A DNA stretch of 64,000 nucleotides from contig OZ241907.1 of the NCBI GenBank assembly GCA_965203515.1, positions 128,001-192,000 of the forward strand, read 5' to 3'. Under the pieces are notes generated by a model that saw only the letters and a program-made list of their open reading frames with translations, did no database searches and had not been told where the DNA came from. Both the position numbers and the translations under genes were made by a program. Position 1 is the stretch's first letter, and each line of letters begins with the position of its first letter. Below are positions 28,961 through 39,645 of the stretch, piece by piece. This DNA comes from Spirochaetia bacterium (GTDB lineage: Bacteria; Spirochaetota; Spirochaetia; SZUA-6; Bin103).

Positions 28961-30267
28961 AGGGCGCGGGCCGCCTCCAGCAGCCGGGCGCGGTCGTTGG
29001 CGTCCGGGTCGGCCAGCACCGCCTGCAGCAGGCCGTTCAACAGCCGCCCGATCTGCGGCCCGGGCCGCAGACCCAGCTCGCGCTGCAGTGCCGTGCCGTC
29101 GACGGCCAGCTCGCGGATCGACAGCGCGTGGCCGCCGGCTGCCTGCGACCGCATGCGCCGGGCGAGCGGCGGGTCGATCGCGCCGACCGCCCGGCGGACG
29201 GCGATGGCGTCCGCGGCGCCGTCGCGCCCGACCGCGGCCAGCAGCCGGCGGAGGTCGGCGTCGGAGCTGTCCGCGGTGATCGGGACCGCCAGGCTGCCGA
29301 TCGCGGCGGCTACCCGCCGGATCACCCCGTTCGGAAAGCGGAGTCGAACCAGCGCCGCCTGCGCGCGGGCCGCTGCCGCCGGTGCGTTCGCGGCGGCCAG
29401 CGGCGCGAGCAACACCGCCAGCAGCATCGCCAGCCGTTGCGCCGCCTCGGGCGGCGCAGCGTCGATGCGGGCGTACCGCGCCGCGCCGGCGTCTGCGCCG
29501 CCCGGGCCGGCGCGCTCGCTGCCGCCCGGCTCGGGGAAGCCCGGCTCGGGGAAGCAGAGTTCCATGAGCCCGGCGCGCTCCAGCAGGTGCAGACCCACCG
29601 ACGGCGCTGGCGCCGCCAGCAGGCGCCGCAACTCCTCGCAGACCCGCTCGGCCGCGACCCGTCGTGCGGTCGGAACGGCGGCGCGCATCGCCCGTACCGT
29701 GTCGGCGTCCACCGTGAGGTTCAGCTCCGCAGCCAGCCGACACCCCCGGAACGGGCGCAATCCGTCCTCGGCAAACCGCTCCCGCGCGCTGCCTACGGTG
29801 CGCAGGCGCCGCGCGGCCAGATCGGCGCGGCCGCCGTGCGGGTCGCGCAGGGCGCCGGCAGCCAGATCGATGGCGATCGCGTTGATCGTGAAGTCTCGCC
29901 GCGCCAGGTCCTCGTCGATGGTGCCGGCGAAGCGAACCGAGTCCGGGCGTCGACCGTCGGAGTACCGGGAGTCGGTGCGGAAGGTCGTGACCTCGAATCG
30001 GCGGTCGGCGAACAGCACGGTCACCGTGCCGTGGCGGATGCCGGTCGGTATGGTGCGGCGGTAGAGCCGCTGCACGCGGTCCGGCGGAGCGCCGGTGGCG
30101 ATGTCCCAGTCCCAATCACCACCCGGCCGGCGCCCCAGCATGAGGTTGCGGACCGCGCCGCCGACCAGCCAGGCGCCGTACCCGGCGTCGATCAGGACGC
30201 GGGCGAAGCGGCGTACGTCGGCGGGCACCGATGCCATGAGCGATTCCCGCGCGTCGTCCGATCCCAT
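28894..30267 (-). CDS. cca: CCA tRNA nucleotidyltransferase (class II)
   Basis: VGGAVR, DWDIAT, EDLARRDFTINAIA and RFAEDGLR. No HD motif apparent. Confidence 0.9.
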   Translation of the reverse strand: MGSDDARESLMASVPADVRRFARVLIDAGYGAWLVGGAVRNLMLGRRPGGDWDWDIATGAPPDRVQRLYRRTIPTGIRHGTVTVLFADRRFEVTTFRTDSRYSDGRRPDSVRFAGTIDEDLARRDFTINAIAIDLAAGALRDPHGGRADLAARRLRTVGSARERFAEDGLRPFRGCRLAAELNLTVDADTVRAMRAAVPTARRVAAERVCEELRRLLAAPAPSVGLHLLERAGLMELCFPEPGFPEPGGSERAGPGGADAGAARYARIDAAPPEAAQRLAMLLAVLLAPLAAANAPAAAARAQAALVRLRFPNGVIRRVAAAIGSLAVPITADSSDADLRRLLAAVGRDGAADAIAVRRAVGAIDPPLARRMRSQAAGGHALSIRELAVDGTALQRELGLRPGPQIGRLLNGLLQAVLADPDANDRARLLEAARALQSAAGGRAPSLPPSSLPASSA

Positions 30268-30270
30268 CCG

Positions 30271-30318
30271 AAGGCCGCCTTCAGGGTAAAGGCCGCCTTC
30301 AGGGTAACGGAAGGCGGC
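30271..30318. repeat. Exact 18-bp tandem duplication plus 9-bp inverted repeat between divergent cca and thiN
   Basis: aaggccgccttcagggta at 30271-30288 and 30289-30306; gccgccttc/gaaggcggc at 30292-30318. Confidence 0.85.
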
Positions 30319-30347
30319 GCCGTGCCGGTATCCGGTATCCTCTCGGC

Positions 30348-30989
30348 ATGTCGTTGACCGGTCTCTTGCTCACCGGCGGGAACGGCCCCCGCCGCGCCGA
30401 CCTGGAGCCGTTCCTGGCCGCCGCGGGGCCGGTCGTCGCAGCCGATTCCGGCTACGACCTGGCGCTGGCGCTGGGCCTGCGCCCCGACCTGATCGTCGGC
30501 GACATGGACTCGGTGCGCGCAGCCCGCCTGCCGGAGGAACGGGTGCGCCGCTATCCGCGTGACAAGGATCGCACCGACACCGAGCTCGGTCTGCAGGCGC
30601 TCGTGGAGTTGGGCTGCGATCGGGTGGTGATCGCCGGCGGCGGCGGCGGCCGGCTGGACCACCTGCTGTTCATCGCCGCGCTCTTCGAGCGGGACACGGT
30701 GCCGCTCTGCTGGATCACCGCGCATGAGCACGTGGAGGCGATTCGCGGCACCGCGGCCTGGTGCGGCTGCGTAGGGCAGACGGTGTCGTTTCTGCCGCTG
30801 TCGCAGGGCGCGGCGATCAAGCGTTCGGAAGGGCTGCGCTGGCCGCTCGACGGGCTCCGCTGGCGCCCGGGAGAGGGTGGCGTCAGCAACGTCATCACCG
30901 CCTCGCCCATGCGGGTGACGATGGCGGCGGGCGCGTTGCTGATGATCCGATCGTTCGACCTGCGCCGGGTCGGCGGCGCGCCGGCATAG
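30348..30989 (+). CDS. thiN: Thiamine diphosphokinase
   Basis: AADSG, GDMDS, KDRTDTE, GGRLDH, GLRWPL and GVSN. Confidence 0.92.
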   Translation: MSLTGLLLTGGNGPRRADLEPFLAAAGPVVAADSGYDLALALGLRPDLIVGDMDSVRAARLPEERVRRYPRDKDRTDTELGLQALVELGCDRVVIAGGGGGRLDHLLFIAALFERDTVPLCWITAHEHVEAIRGTAAWCGCVGQTVSFLPLSQGAAIKRSEGLRWPLDGLRWRPGEGGVSNVITASPMRVTMAAGALLMIRSFDLRRVGGAPA

Positions 30990-31019
30990 CCGGCGGCCCG
31001 CGCGGTCGGCGCCGCGCGG

Positions 31020-31889
31020 TCAGGGTCCGGCCGGCTGCTCCTGCGGGGGGCGCGGGTCCGGCGCGTCGCCGGCCAGCGGCACGCCCAGCACCTGACCGAG
31101 CAGGTCGGTCGGCGAACGGCTCAGCAGGTCCGCCAATTGCGGGAACTCGGCCAGCGTGCTGCCCAGCCGGCGCAGCATCTCGGCGTGCTGGCGCGCCTGC
31201 TCCTCTACCAGCGCCAGGTCTTCGATGACCGCCAACCGTGCGCGTAGCTGCGTTTCGATGCGCGTCTCCAGCGCTGCCTTGGCGCGCGCGTACAGGTCGG
31301 GATCCGGAATCTCGAGTGGGGGCGTCAGATCGATCGCCACGATCTTCAGTTCGGGGCTTCGCACGGCGAGCCGGCTGCGGATGCGCTCCTTGAGCGCCGG
31401 GATGTCCATCACCAGCGCTGCTCCATCGTCCGACAACAGCAAGGCGGCGGCCTCATCGCCGGCGGCGGCGGTCGCCTGCTCGTACCAGGCCGTCAGCGTC
31501 TCCGGGCGCAGGTCCTCCGCTTCCGCCAGCTTCGGCAGGTCTTCCGGCCGCAGCCGCAGCCGCACGGTGATGCCGATGTCGTAGGAGAGCGCCGCCGGGT
31601 CGATCTCCGCTTCCGACGCGTACAGATCGGCCGACGGGAGGCGCGCGGCGACGCGGCGCGTCACCGTCTGCGGCGTCAGATCGAAGACGTACAGGGTCAT
31701 GTTGGTCGGGATCAGCCGCTCCCACCGCCAGGTGACGCCGCCTGGGGCGATGGCCGACCTGTCCCAGCCGCCCGACTTGGTGAAGGCGACGCCGTAGGCG
31801 CCGGCCGGCAGCGCCAACTCCACCCAGCCGACGAAGAATGCGGCGGCCGCCAGACCCACGATCAGCAGCAGGGTGATGGCGATCTTCAC
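31020..31889 (-). CDS. Hypothetical membrane-anchored protein (SPFH/band-7-like architecture possible)
   Basis: N-terminal TM helix, TKSGGW, WRWERLIPTN and a C-terminal helical region. Confidence 0.65.
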   Translation of the reverse strand: MKIAITLLLIVGLAAAAFFVGWVELALPAGAYGVAFTKSGGWDRSAIAPGGVTWRWERLIPTNMTLYVFDLTPQTVTRRVAARLPSADLYASEAEIDPAALSYDIGITVRLRLRPEDLPKLAEAEDLRPETLTAWYEQATAAAGDEAAALLLSDDGAALVMDIPALKERIRSRLAVRSPELKIVAIDLTPPLEIPDPDLYARAKAALETRIETQLRARLAVIEDLALVEEQARQHAEMLRRLGSTLAEFPQLADLLSRSPTDLLGQVLGVPLAGDAPDPRPPQEQPAGP

Positions 31890-31918
31890 GTCATGCAGTA
31901 TATCGTGATCGGGATACC

Positions 31919-32290
31919 GTGACCGAGGCGCAGCGTGTGGATGAGCGCCGGACGATCGCTCCGGCGGTCGGCCGGGTTTCCGCAATGCTGTTCCTGCTCT
32001 CTCTGATGCTGCTCTCCCTGTACGCCCTGGGCAGCGTGCAATCGTTCGTCGACGCGACCATGCTCTGGCTGCTGCGCATGCTGGAGATCACGCTGGTGCT
32101 GACCGCGGCCTTCGCGCTCTGCTCCTGTTGTCTGTACGCGCTGCACGCGATCTCCGGGCGCTGGCGCTTCGCCGCCGTACCGGCCGTGCTGTCGCTCCTG
32201 GCCGCCGCCGTGGCGCTCGCTCTGCTGGCGTCGCTGCGCATGGTGTCGGCCGTGATCGGCGGGTCGCCCCTGCCGGGCCTGAGCTTCTGA
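31919..32290 (+). CDS. Hypothetical membrane protein
   Basis: Three hydrophobic segments; lies directly upstream of aroH. Confidence 0.65.
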   Translation: MTEAQRVDERRTIAPAVGRVSAMLFLLSLMLLSLYALGSVQSFVDATMLWLLRMLEITLVLTAAFALCSCCLYALHAISGRWRFAAVPAVLSLLAAAVALALLASLRMVSAVIGGSPLPGLSF

Positions 32291-32294
32291 AGCC

Positions 32295-32663
32295 GTGACG
32301 GTAGCGGTGCGGGGCGCCATTCAGGTCGGCTCCAACGACGCGGATGCCATCCGGGCGGCCGGCCTGCGGCTGCTGGAAGCCGTGCTGCGCGGCAACGGCG
32401 TGGACCGCGACCGGATCGTCAGCATCGTCTTTTCGATGACGCCGGACCTGAACCGGGCCAATCCGGCGACCGCGGTGCGGACCGGCGGCTACGCGGACGC
32501 GCCGCTGTTCTGCGTGCAGGAGGCCGTGGTGGACGGGCAACTGGGCCGGATCATCCGGCTGCTCCTGACCTATCGCAGCGGCGGCGAGCGCAAGCCGGTG
32601 CCGGTCTACCTCGATGGGGCGCAGGCGCTCCGGCCCGACCTGGAGCCGCCGGCGAGCTCGTGA
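32295..32663 (+). CDS. aroH: Chorismate mutase, AroH class
   Basis: VRGA, DL...NPA, CVQE, IR and VYLDGA..LRPDL. Confidence 0.92.
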   Translation: MTVAVRGAIQVGSNDADAIRAAGLRLLEAVLRGNGVDRDRIVSIVFSMTPDLNRANPATAVRTGGYADAPLFCVQEAVVDGQLGRIIRLLLTYRSGGERKPVPVYLDGAQALRPDLEPPASS

Positions 32664-32727
32664 CCGGCAGGCGCGTCTCGTGGTAGGACGGCGTCTGCCG
32701 GATGGGACGCCCGGATGGGGGCGCACT

Positions 32728-32800
32728 GCCACCTTAGCTCAATCGGCAGAGCACGGGATTTGTAATCTCGGGGTTGTCGGTTCGATTCCGACAGGTGGCT
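32728..32800 (+). tRNA. tRNA-Thr(TGT)
   Basis: GCCACCT/AGGTGGC stem, CGGGA-TTTGTAA-TCTCG anticodon arm, GGTTCGATTCC. CCA not encoded. Confidence 0.95.
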
Positions 32801-32886
32801 GACCCGGGCGCCGCGCGTCGCACGGCGCTCGCGCACGGCTATTGACAGCGGTCGATGGCTGCGCGAGCATGGCGCGCTTAGACAGC

Positions 32887-32968
32887 GGGGAGGTTCCCGA
32901 GTGGCCAAAGGGGGCAGACTGTAAATCTGTTGGCGTTGCCTTCGAAGGTTCGAATCCTTCTCTCCCCA
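32887..32968 (+). tRNA. tRNA-Tyr(GTA)
   Basis: GGGGAGG/TCTCCCC stem, GCAGA-CTGTAAA-TCTGT anticodon arm, long variable arm, GGTTCGAATCC. CCA not encoded. Confidence 0.95.
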
Positions 32969-32975
32969 ATCTCCC

Positions 32976-33428
32976 GTGCCTGAGCCTTTCTACCGGTCGT
33001 CCGCCGACGGCGGCCTGCGCTTCGACTGCACCCGGTGCCAGCGTTGCTGTCGGCTCGAACCGGGGTACGTGTTCCTGTCCCGCCGCGACCTGGAGGCATT
33101 GGCGCAGGCGAAGTCGCTCACGGTCGCCGAGTTCACGGCGCGGTACTGCCGGACCGTCGACATCGGCGGCTTCCGCCGGCTCAGCCTGACCGAAAAGGCC
33201 GACTACGACTGCATCCTCTGGGAAGACGGCGCCTGCACGGTATACGAGTCGCGGCCGCTGCAGTGCCGGAGCTTCCCGTTCTGGGATGCGAATCTGGCCT
33301 CCCCCGAGGCGTGGTCGGAGGCTGCCGCCGCGTGTCCGGGCATCGGCCAGGGGCGGGTGCGCCACGCGGTGGAGATCGACTACTGGCTCTCCCGGCGTCA
33401 TGACGAGCCGCTGGTCGCGCCGCCGTAG
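32976..33428 (+). CDS. YkgJ family cysteine-cluster (Fe-S/Zn) protein
   Basis: CTRCQRCC, C..YESRPLQCRSFPFW and CPG. Confidence 0.88.
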   Translation: MPEPFYRSSADGGLRFDCTRCQRCCRLEPGYVFLSRRDLEALAQAKSLTVAEFTARYCRTVDIGGFRRLSLTEKADYDCILWEDGACTVYESRPLQCRSFPFWDANLASPEAWSEAAAACPGIGQGRVRHAVEIDYWLSRRHDEPLVAPP

Positions 33429-33524
33429 CGCCGTCGGCGGGCCGAACGGTGCGGTCCCGGGGCTCGCTTGCCTCTGCCGGAGCAGGGCGTACATTACCGG
33501 TGCAGGGTTAGTTGAGGAAATCGC

Positions 33525-34550
33525 GTGAACCGCATCGCGATCGGCATGGTCGCCGGGTGCTGCGCGCTCGCCGCCGGCGTCGCGGTCGGAGCGTCGTACC
33601 TGAGCGGTCCGCCGCAGGCGCCGGACCGGAGCCCGGCGGTCAGCTTCACGGTTCGGCCCGGAGAGCCGTTCGGCGCGGTCGCCGCCCGCTTGGCCGATGC
33701 GCGGCTGGTGCGCTCCGAGTTGATGCTGCGCGTGCTGGCGCACCTCCGGGGCGCCGACAGCCGCATCCGCGCCGGTCACTATTCGCTGCCTCGGTCCCTG
33801 CGCGCCGGCCAGGTCCTGGCGTTGCTGCTGGAGGGCCGCCAGGATGAGATCGCCGTCACCGTCCCGGAGGGGTGGACCGTGCGCCGAATCGCCGAACGGC
33901 TCGAGGAACGGGGCGTGACCACCGCCGGCGCATTCATGACCGCGGTCGCCGACCCGGCGCTGATCGAGGAGCTCGGCATCCGGGCGGCCAGCATGGAGGG
34001 GTACCTGTTCCCGGACACCTACCGCTTTCCGCGCGACTTTCCGGCCGCCGGAGTGGCGCGCCACATGGTCGACAACTTCTTCCGCAGGCTCGGTCAGGTG
34101 CGGCCGGACTTCCGCAGCATGGACCCGGACGATCTGCACGACGCGGTCATCCTGGCATCGATCGTGGAGCGCGAGTACCAGCGCCCGGAGGAGGCGGGGT
34201 TGATCGCGTCCGTGTTCGCCAACCGCCTGGCGGCCGATGCCCGCCTGCAGTCCTGCGCCACCGTCGCCTACGTGCTGACCGAGCTGGAGGGCCGCGAGCA
34301 CCCGCGCGTGATCACCCACGCGGAGCTGGCGGTCGACTCCGCCTACAACACCTACCGGCGGCGTGGGCTGCCGCCGGCGCCGATCTCGAATCCGGGCGCG
34401 GTGGCCCTGCAGGCCGCGTTCTATCCGGCGGAGAGCGACTACTGGTACTTCGTCCTCAAGGACCCGGACACCGGCGAACACCACTTCTCCCGCGATCTCG
34501 ACGAGCACAACGACGCCAAGTTCTTCTACCTGAAGGGCGTGGCCGGTTGA
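33525..34550 (+). CDS. mltG: Endolytic transglycosylase MltG
   Basis: EGYLFPDTY, ASIVERE, SAYNTY...GLPPAPISNPG and YFV. Confidence 0.94.
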   Translation: MNRIAIGMVAGCCALAAGVAVGASYLSGPPQAPDRSPAVSFTVRPGEPFGAVAARLADARLVRSELMLRVLAHLRGADSRIRAGHYSLPRSLRAGQVLALLLEGRQDEIAVTVPEGWTVRRIAERLEERGVTTAGAFMTAVADPALIEELGIRAASMEGYLFPDTYRFPRDFPAAGVARHMVDNFFRRLGQVRPDFRSMDPDDLHDAVILASIVEREYQRPEEAGLIASVFANRLAADARLQSCATVAYVLTELEGREHPRVITHAELAVDSAYNTYRRRGLPPAPISNPGAVALQAAFYPAESDYWYFVLKDPDTGEHHFSRDLDEHNDAKFFYLKGVAG

Positions 34551-34584
34551 CGGGCGTCCACGTGCGGACGGCGGCGGTGAGCGC

Positions 34585-36405
34585 GTGATCCCCTCCCACC
34601 AGATCGCGGAACTCTACGACCGCCTGCGGATCGACGTCGTGGCGGGCGACTACCTGCGCCTGCAGCGCCGCGGCAACCGGTTGGTCGGGCTGTGCCCCTT
34701 CCATACCGAGAAGACCCCCTCCTTCACGCTCAGCCCGGACCGCAATCTGTTCTACTGCTTCGGCTGCCAGAAGGGCGGCTCGATGATCGACTTCGTGATG
34801 GAGATGGAGAAGCTCAGCTTCCCGGAGGCGTTCGCGCTGCTTGCCGAGCGCGCCGGCATGCAGGTGCAGCAGGCGGGCGGCTCCGAAGGGACCGAGCGGC
34901 AGACCTACCTGGATCTGTACCGCCGCCTGGCCGACAGCTTCCACCACATCCTGCTGCGCGCCGGCGCCGCGGCGCCGGCGCGCGAGCACCTTGCCGGCCG
35001 GGGGTTCCCGGCGGAGTCGCTTGCCCGCTACCGCGTCGGCTACGCGCCGGGCGTCGGTGACTGGCTGCATCGCTTCCTGCGCTCCCACAGCTACGGCGAC
35101 GACTTCCTGGTGCGCTCCGGCCTGTTCACGCGCACGAGCGGCGGCCTGCTGGCGCTGTTCCGCGACCGTATCGTGTTCCCGATCTCCACCCCGCGCGGCG
35201 AGGTGGTCGCGTTCGGCGGACGCGCCATGGGCGACGGCCCCAAGTATCTCAACACGTCGGAGACCGCCCACTATCGCAAGGGCGAGCTGCTCTACGGGCT
35301 GGCCGAGGCGCGCGAGCGCATCAAGCGGGCGGGGACCGTGCACGTGGCGGAGGGCTATCTCGACGTGATCGCGCTCGATGCGGCCGGTCACCCGGCGGTG
35401 GCCCCGCTCGGCACGGCGTTGAGCGTCGGGCACGCCCGGCTGCTGGCGCGCTACACCCATGACGTGCGCCTGGTGATGGACGCGGACGCCGCCGGGGTGA
35501 ACGCTACCCGGCGCGCCGGCGCCGTGCTGGAGGACCGGGAGCTGCAGACCTCCGTGGTGCCGCTTGAGAACGGCATGGACCCGGCCGATTATCTGCAGCA
35601 GGGGGCCGGCGGCCGGTTGCAAACCGCGGTCGCATCCCCTATACTGATATTTGAGTATCTTCTCAAACTGGCTACAGCTGCACTCGATCTGCGACGGGCG
35701 GACGCGAAGGAACAGGTATTCCGGGAGTTGCTCCCCTATCTTACCCACGTACGCTCGGAGTTGAAGCGTGAGACGCTGTTGCGCGACTTGGCGGACGTGC
35801 TGGAGGTCGGTCACGACAGCATCCTGCGCGACTATCGCCGGAGTTCGGCACGGCTGGCGGACGGCGGCGCGGCGCGGCGCGGCGCTCCGGCCGGGATCGT
35901 TGCGCCGCCGGGGACCGTCGCGCCGCCGGGTGGCCAAGACGGCTCTCGACGCTCGCCGGAGATGACCTACATGCTGGCCGCCGCCGCCAACCTCGATCGC
36001 TTCGACCGGGTGCAGCGGCGGCTCCTGCCCGGCGACCTGCAGGATCCGATGGCGCGGGAGCTGTTCGGCGCGCTGCAGGAGTGCGTCCGCTGCGGCGACG
36101 AGTCGCCGGACGGGCTGCTCGGCCGGCTGGAGACCGACGAGCTGCGCGCGCTGGTCGTCCGCAACCTGTCGCGAGGGGAGTTCGCCGTGAATCCGGAGGA
36201 AATGCTCGACGAGGGGGCTCGCATGGTGAAGGCGCGCTCCCTGAGACGCCGACGCCGCGAGATCGAGGTCCGCATGCGCCGACTGGAGCGCGACGGCGGC
36301 GCACCGGGCGCATCGATACGGGACCTGCTGGAGGAGAAGATATTCCTCGACTCGGAGCTGGAGAAGTTGAAGAAGGTGAGGGTGGATGTCGGATCTGTTG
36401 ACTGA
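34585..36405 (+). CDS. dnaG: DNA primase
   Basis: CPFH.EKTPSF, CFGC, KYLNT.ET, EGYLDV and D.D.AG. Confidence 0.95.
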   Translation: MIPSHQIAELYDRLRIDVVAGDYLRLQRRGNRLVGLCPFHTEKTPSFTLSPDRNLFYCFGCQKGGSMIDFVMEMEKLSFPEAFALLAERAGMQVQQAGGSEGTERQTYLDLYRRLADSFHHILLRAGAAAPAREHLAGRGFPAESLARYRVGYAPGVGDWLHRFLRSHSYGDDFLVRSGLFTRTSGGLLALFRDRIVFPISTPRGEVVAFGGRAMGDGPKYLNTSETAHYRKGELLYGLAEARERIKRAGTVHVAEGYLDVIALDAAGHPAVAPLGTALSVGHARLLARYTHDVRLVMDADAAGVNATRRAGAVLEDRELQTSVVPLENGMDPADYLQQGAGGRLQTAVASPILIFEYLLKLATAALDLRRADAKEQVFRELLPYLTHVRSELKRETLLRDLADVLEVGHDSILRDYRRSSARLADGGAARRGAPAGIVAPPGTVAPPGGQDGSRRSPEMTYMLAAAANLDRFDRVQRRLLPGDLQDPMARELFGALQECVRCGDESPDGLLGRLETDELRALVVRNLSRGEFAVNPEEMLDEGARMVKARSLRRRRREIEVRMRRLERDGGAPGASIRDLLEEKIFLDSELEKLKKVRVDVGSVD

Positions 36406-38122
36406 TCCTGCGTTCGTTCAGTTGCTGGAGTACGCCCGGCAGAAGAAGAGCATCAGCTATGAGGAGGTCCACGACCGCCTCCCCGACCACCTCGTCAATT
36501 CGGACCGGATCGACGAGGTGGCGGCGCTGCTGGAGCAGAACGACGTCAAGCTGGAGGATGACGAGGCCGGCGACGACGTGACCGAGGACGACCTGCGACA
36601 GGCCGCCGCGGCGGCCAAGCGCCGGCTGGTCTACCACAACGATCGGGAGAGCGCGGTGGACGACCCGATCCGCCTCTACCTGCGCGAGATCGGCCGGGAG
36701 AACCTGCTCACCGCCGAGGAGGAGGTGAGCCTGTCCAAGGATATGGAGGCGGGTGAGAACATCATCCACGAGGTGCTCAAGAGCTGCGGCGCCACCCTGC
36801 CGGAGTTCTACCACATCGCCGAGCGCGCCCGCTCGACCACGGACCCCCGCGAGCTCAACCTGACCAAGAAGGAGATCTCCGAGCTGATGGCGGACCGCCG
36901 CCGGCTCAATGCCTGCTACCACGAAGCGGTGCAGGAGATGTACCCGCTGCTGAAGGCGTACGTGGAGCACAAGGAGACGCTGACCGACCACGACGGCTGC
37001 ATCTTCGAAGACGAGCGCCTGGCCGAGCTGCGCCGCACCCTGCAGGCATCCCTGGCCAAGGTGGAACTGAAGCAGGAGGAGATCACGCTGCTGTCGGCGC
37101 GGCTGGCCGACGCCGCCCGGCGGCTCGGTTCGCTGCAGCGCAGAAGCGAGCGGATCGAGCGCCGGCTGCGCATCGGTACGACCCGCGAGTTGCGCTCGGT
37201 CAAGCGCAAGCTGTCGCGCTCGGCCGAGCGCGCCCGGCTGGAGGCGGCGATCCGCATGCAGGCCGACGACATCCGCGCGCTGGTGGCCGAGTATGAACGC
37301 CAGCAGGCCGACATCCGCGCGATCGAGGTGGCGTTCGAGCACCGCGCCGACGACGTGTTGGCCATGCACCGCCGCCTGGAAGAGGGCAAGTATCAGCTCA
37401 AGCGGGCCAAGGACCGCCTGACCCAGGCGAATCTCCGGCTGGTGGTCAGCATCGCCAAGAAGTACACCAACCGCGGCCTGCACTTCTTCGACCTGGTGCA
37501 GGAGGGCAACATCGGCCTGATCAAGGCGGTGGAGAAGTTCGAGTACCGCAAGGGATACAAATTCTCCACCTACGCGACGTGGTGGATCCGCCAGGCGATC
37601 ACGCGCTCGATCTCCGATCAGGCGCGTACCATCCGCGTACCGGTGCACATGATCGAACAGATCAACAAGGTGGTCCGCGAGTCGCGCCAGCTCATGCAGG
37701 AGCTCGGTCGCGAGCCGACCGATGAGGAGGTCGCCGAACGCCTCCGCTGGTCCGCGGCGCGCATCAAGGCGGTCAAGGGAGTCGCGCGCGAGCCGATCTC
37801 CCTGGAGACGCCGATCGGGGAGGAAGAGGACTCGATCCTCGGCGACTTCATCGAGGACAAGGACGCCGAGAACCCGTCTGCCACCAGCGCGTTCCGGCTG
37901 CTGCAAGAGCAGCTCCAGCAGGTGCTGAGCACGCTGCCGGAACGCGAGCAGGAGGTCCTGCGCATGCGGTTCGGACTGGACGACGGGTACTCGCTCACGC
38001 TGGAGGAGGTAGGGTTGCACTTTGAAGTGACCCGCGAGCGCATCCGTCAGATCGAGGCGAAGGCGCTCAGACGGCTGCGCCATCCAAAGCGGAGCGCGCG
38101 GCTGAAGGACTATCGGGAATAG
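36386..38122 (+). CDS. rpoD: RNA polymerase primary sigma factor
   Basis: [35 protein letters not shown] and [16 protein letters not shown]. Confidence 0.97.
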   Translation: MSDLLTDPAFVQLLEYARQKKSISYEEVHDRLPDHLVNSDRIDEVAALLEQNDVKLEDDEAGDDVTEDDLRQAAAAAKRRLVYHNDRESAVDDPIRLYLREIGRENLLTAEEEVSLSKDMEAGENIIHEVLKSCGATLPEFYHIAERARSTTDPRELNLTKKEISELMADRRRLNACYHEAVQEMYPLLKAYVEHKETLTDHDGCIFEDERLAELRRTLQASLAKVELKQEEITLLSARLADAARRLGSLQRRSERIERRLRIGTTRELRSVKRKLSRSAERARLEAAIRMQADDIRALVAEYERQQADIRAIEVAFEHRADDVLAMHRRLEEGKYQLKRAKDRLTQANLRLVVSIAKKYTNRGLHFFDLVQEGNIGLIKAVEKFEYRKGYKFSTYATWWIRQAITRSISDQARTIRVPVHMIEQINKVVRESRQLMQELGREPTDEEVAERLRWSAARIKAVKGVAREPISLETPIGEEEDSILGDFIEDKDAENPSATSAFRLLQEQLQQVLSTLPEREQEVLRMRFGLDDGYSLTLEEVGLHFEVTRERIRQIEAKALRRLRHPKRSARLKDYRE

Positions 38123-39111
38123 TGACGGCTGGAAGTGACGGAGGAAGCGTGAGTAGCGAATTGGCGAGTATCGAGCGGACGGACCACGGGACGCCGGCGG
38201 TCCAGGACGCGCTGGACAAGCTGCGCGCCCTGCAGGACGTGCTGCACAAGAAGCACGAGATCGAGGCGCAGATCGAGAAGCTGCCGCGGTCGCTGGCGAC
38301 CAAGACCGAACTGCTCAACCGGCTCAAGCGCACCTACCTGGAGCGCAATGAGGAGCAGGAATCGACCAAGCAGCGGATCGAGAGTCTGCGCGGCGACGCG
38401 CTGGAATCGGAACGGGTTCGCGAACAGTACGAGCAGCAGATGGACCGGATCCGCACGCAGCGGGAGTATGAAGCGCTGGACAAGCAGATCCGCGACGCCT
38501 CCGAACGGGAGATGGACTACCGGCGAGCGCTGCAGGAAGAAGAGGAGCGGCTCGAGCAGGTGTCCGATGAGCTGGGCCGCGAAGCGGAGTTGATCGAGCG
38601 GCAGGAGGGCGTGGTCCGGGAAGAGGAGTCGCGCATCACGATCGAGTTGACCGACCGCCGGGAACGGCTTGCCGCGCTCCAGGCGGAGGAGTCGCACATC
38701 GCCTCCGGTCTGGACGAGGAGCTGCTGTTCAAGTTCGAGCGCATCGTGCGGTCGACCGACGGCTACGGGATCGTGCCGCTGCAGGGCCAAGTCTGCACCG
38801 GATGCTACATTACGCTGCCGGCCCACTTCGTCAACCGCGTCCGCCGGGCCGAGGACGTGCTGTTCTGCACGCATGGCCGGATCGTCTTCTACGAGGACGC
38901 TCCCTCCGAGGATGAGGCGGAGGCGCAGATCGACGTGTTCGACGACGAGCCCGGCTTCTTCGCCGATGCGGACGGGGACGAGGAGCTGGAGGACGATGAG
39001 CTGGAGGACGATGAGGCGGACCTCGACGGCCCGGACGGCGGTCACGGCGGCGACGGTGCCGGCGATGATGACGATGATGACGACGACGACCACGAGTCGA
39101 ACGACGACTGA
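38122..39111 (+). CDS. Coiled-coil zinc-ribbon domain protein (COG1579-like) with acidic tail
   Basis: REYEALDKQI coiled coil, KFERI, CTGC...FCTHGRI and an Asp/Glu-rich C-terminus. Confidence 0.85.
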   Translation: MTAGSDGGSVSSELASIERTDHGTPAVQDALDKLRALQDVLHKKHEIEAQIEKLPRSLATKTELLNRLKRTYLERNEEQESTKQRIESLRGDALESERVREQYEQQMDRIRTQREYEALDKQIRDASEREMDYRRALQEEEERLEQVSDELGREAELIERQEGVVREEESRITIELTDRRERLAALQAEESHIASGLDEELLFKFERIVRSTDGYGIVPLQGQVCTGCYITLPAHFVNRVRRAEDVLFCTHGRIVFYEDAPSEDEAEAQIDVFDDEPGFFADADGDEELEDDELEDDEADLDGPDGGHGGDGAGDDDDDDDDDHESNDD

Positions 39112-39168
39112 GGCGCGGGCGGCCGCCCGATGGCGTCGCCGCGAGTGATCGGTTATCGTGGAGGCCGC

Positions 39169-39636
39169 AGGAGGCGGGCCGGCCATCGCCGCGATCGGTA
39201 ACCGGCGCGGAGGAAAGTCCGGGCTCCATAGAGCAGGGCGCCGGGTAATGCCCGGGCGTCCGCGCCTCGGCGCGGACGACAGACAGTGCCGCAGAGAACA
39301 GACCGCCGGACGGCTGCTCCGCGATGGGGCGGTCCGTTCGGTAAGGGTGAAACGGTGGGGTAAGAGCCCACCACTCCGGCGGCGACGCCGGAGGTACGGC
39401 AAACCTCGCCCGGAGCAAAGCCAAGCAGCGGGTTGGGTTGCTCGCCGCGTGACGACGCGTCCCGCAGGGATGCGGCCGTCGAACCCGCGGGTAGGCTGCT
39501 CGAGTGCGGCGCCGGCGCCGTGAGGCGCCGACGCGCGCGCCAGATGAATGATGGCCCGCCCCGCCGGCGGCCGGGCCGCGCAAGCGGGCCGGCACGTGTC
39601 GGGGCGAACAGAACCCGGCTTATCGGCCCGCCTCCT
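39169..39636 (+). ncRNA. rnpB: RNase P RNA (type A)
   Basis: GAGGAAAGTCCGGGCTCC, AGTGCC.CAGA, GGGTGAAACGG, GGTAAGAGC, GGCAAAC and ACAGAACCCGGCTTA. P1 aggaggcgggcc pairs with ggcccgcctcct. Confidence 0.96.
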
Positions 39637-39645
39637 CTTTCATCG

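Noticed and set aside
39158..39640. Protein-coding ORFs overlapping this interval
   Set aside because: The interval is RNase P RNA. The ORFs are incidental to high GC.
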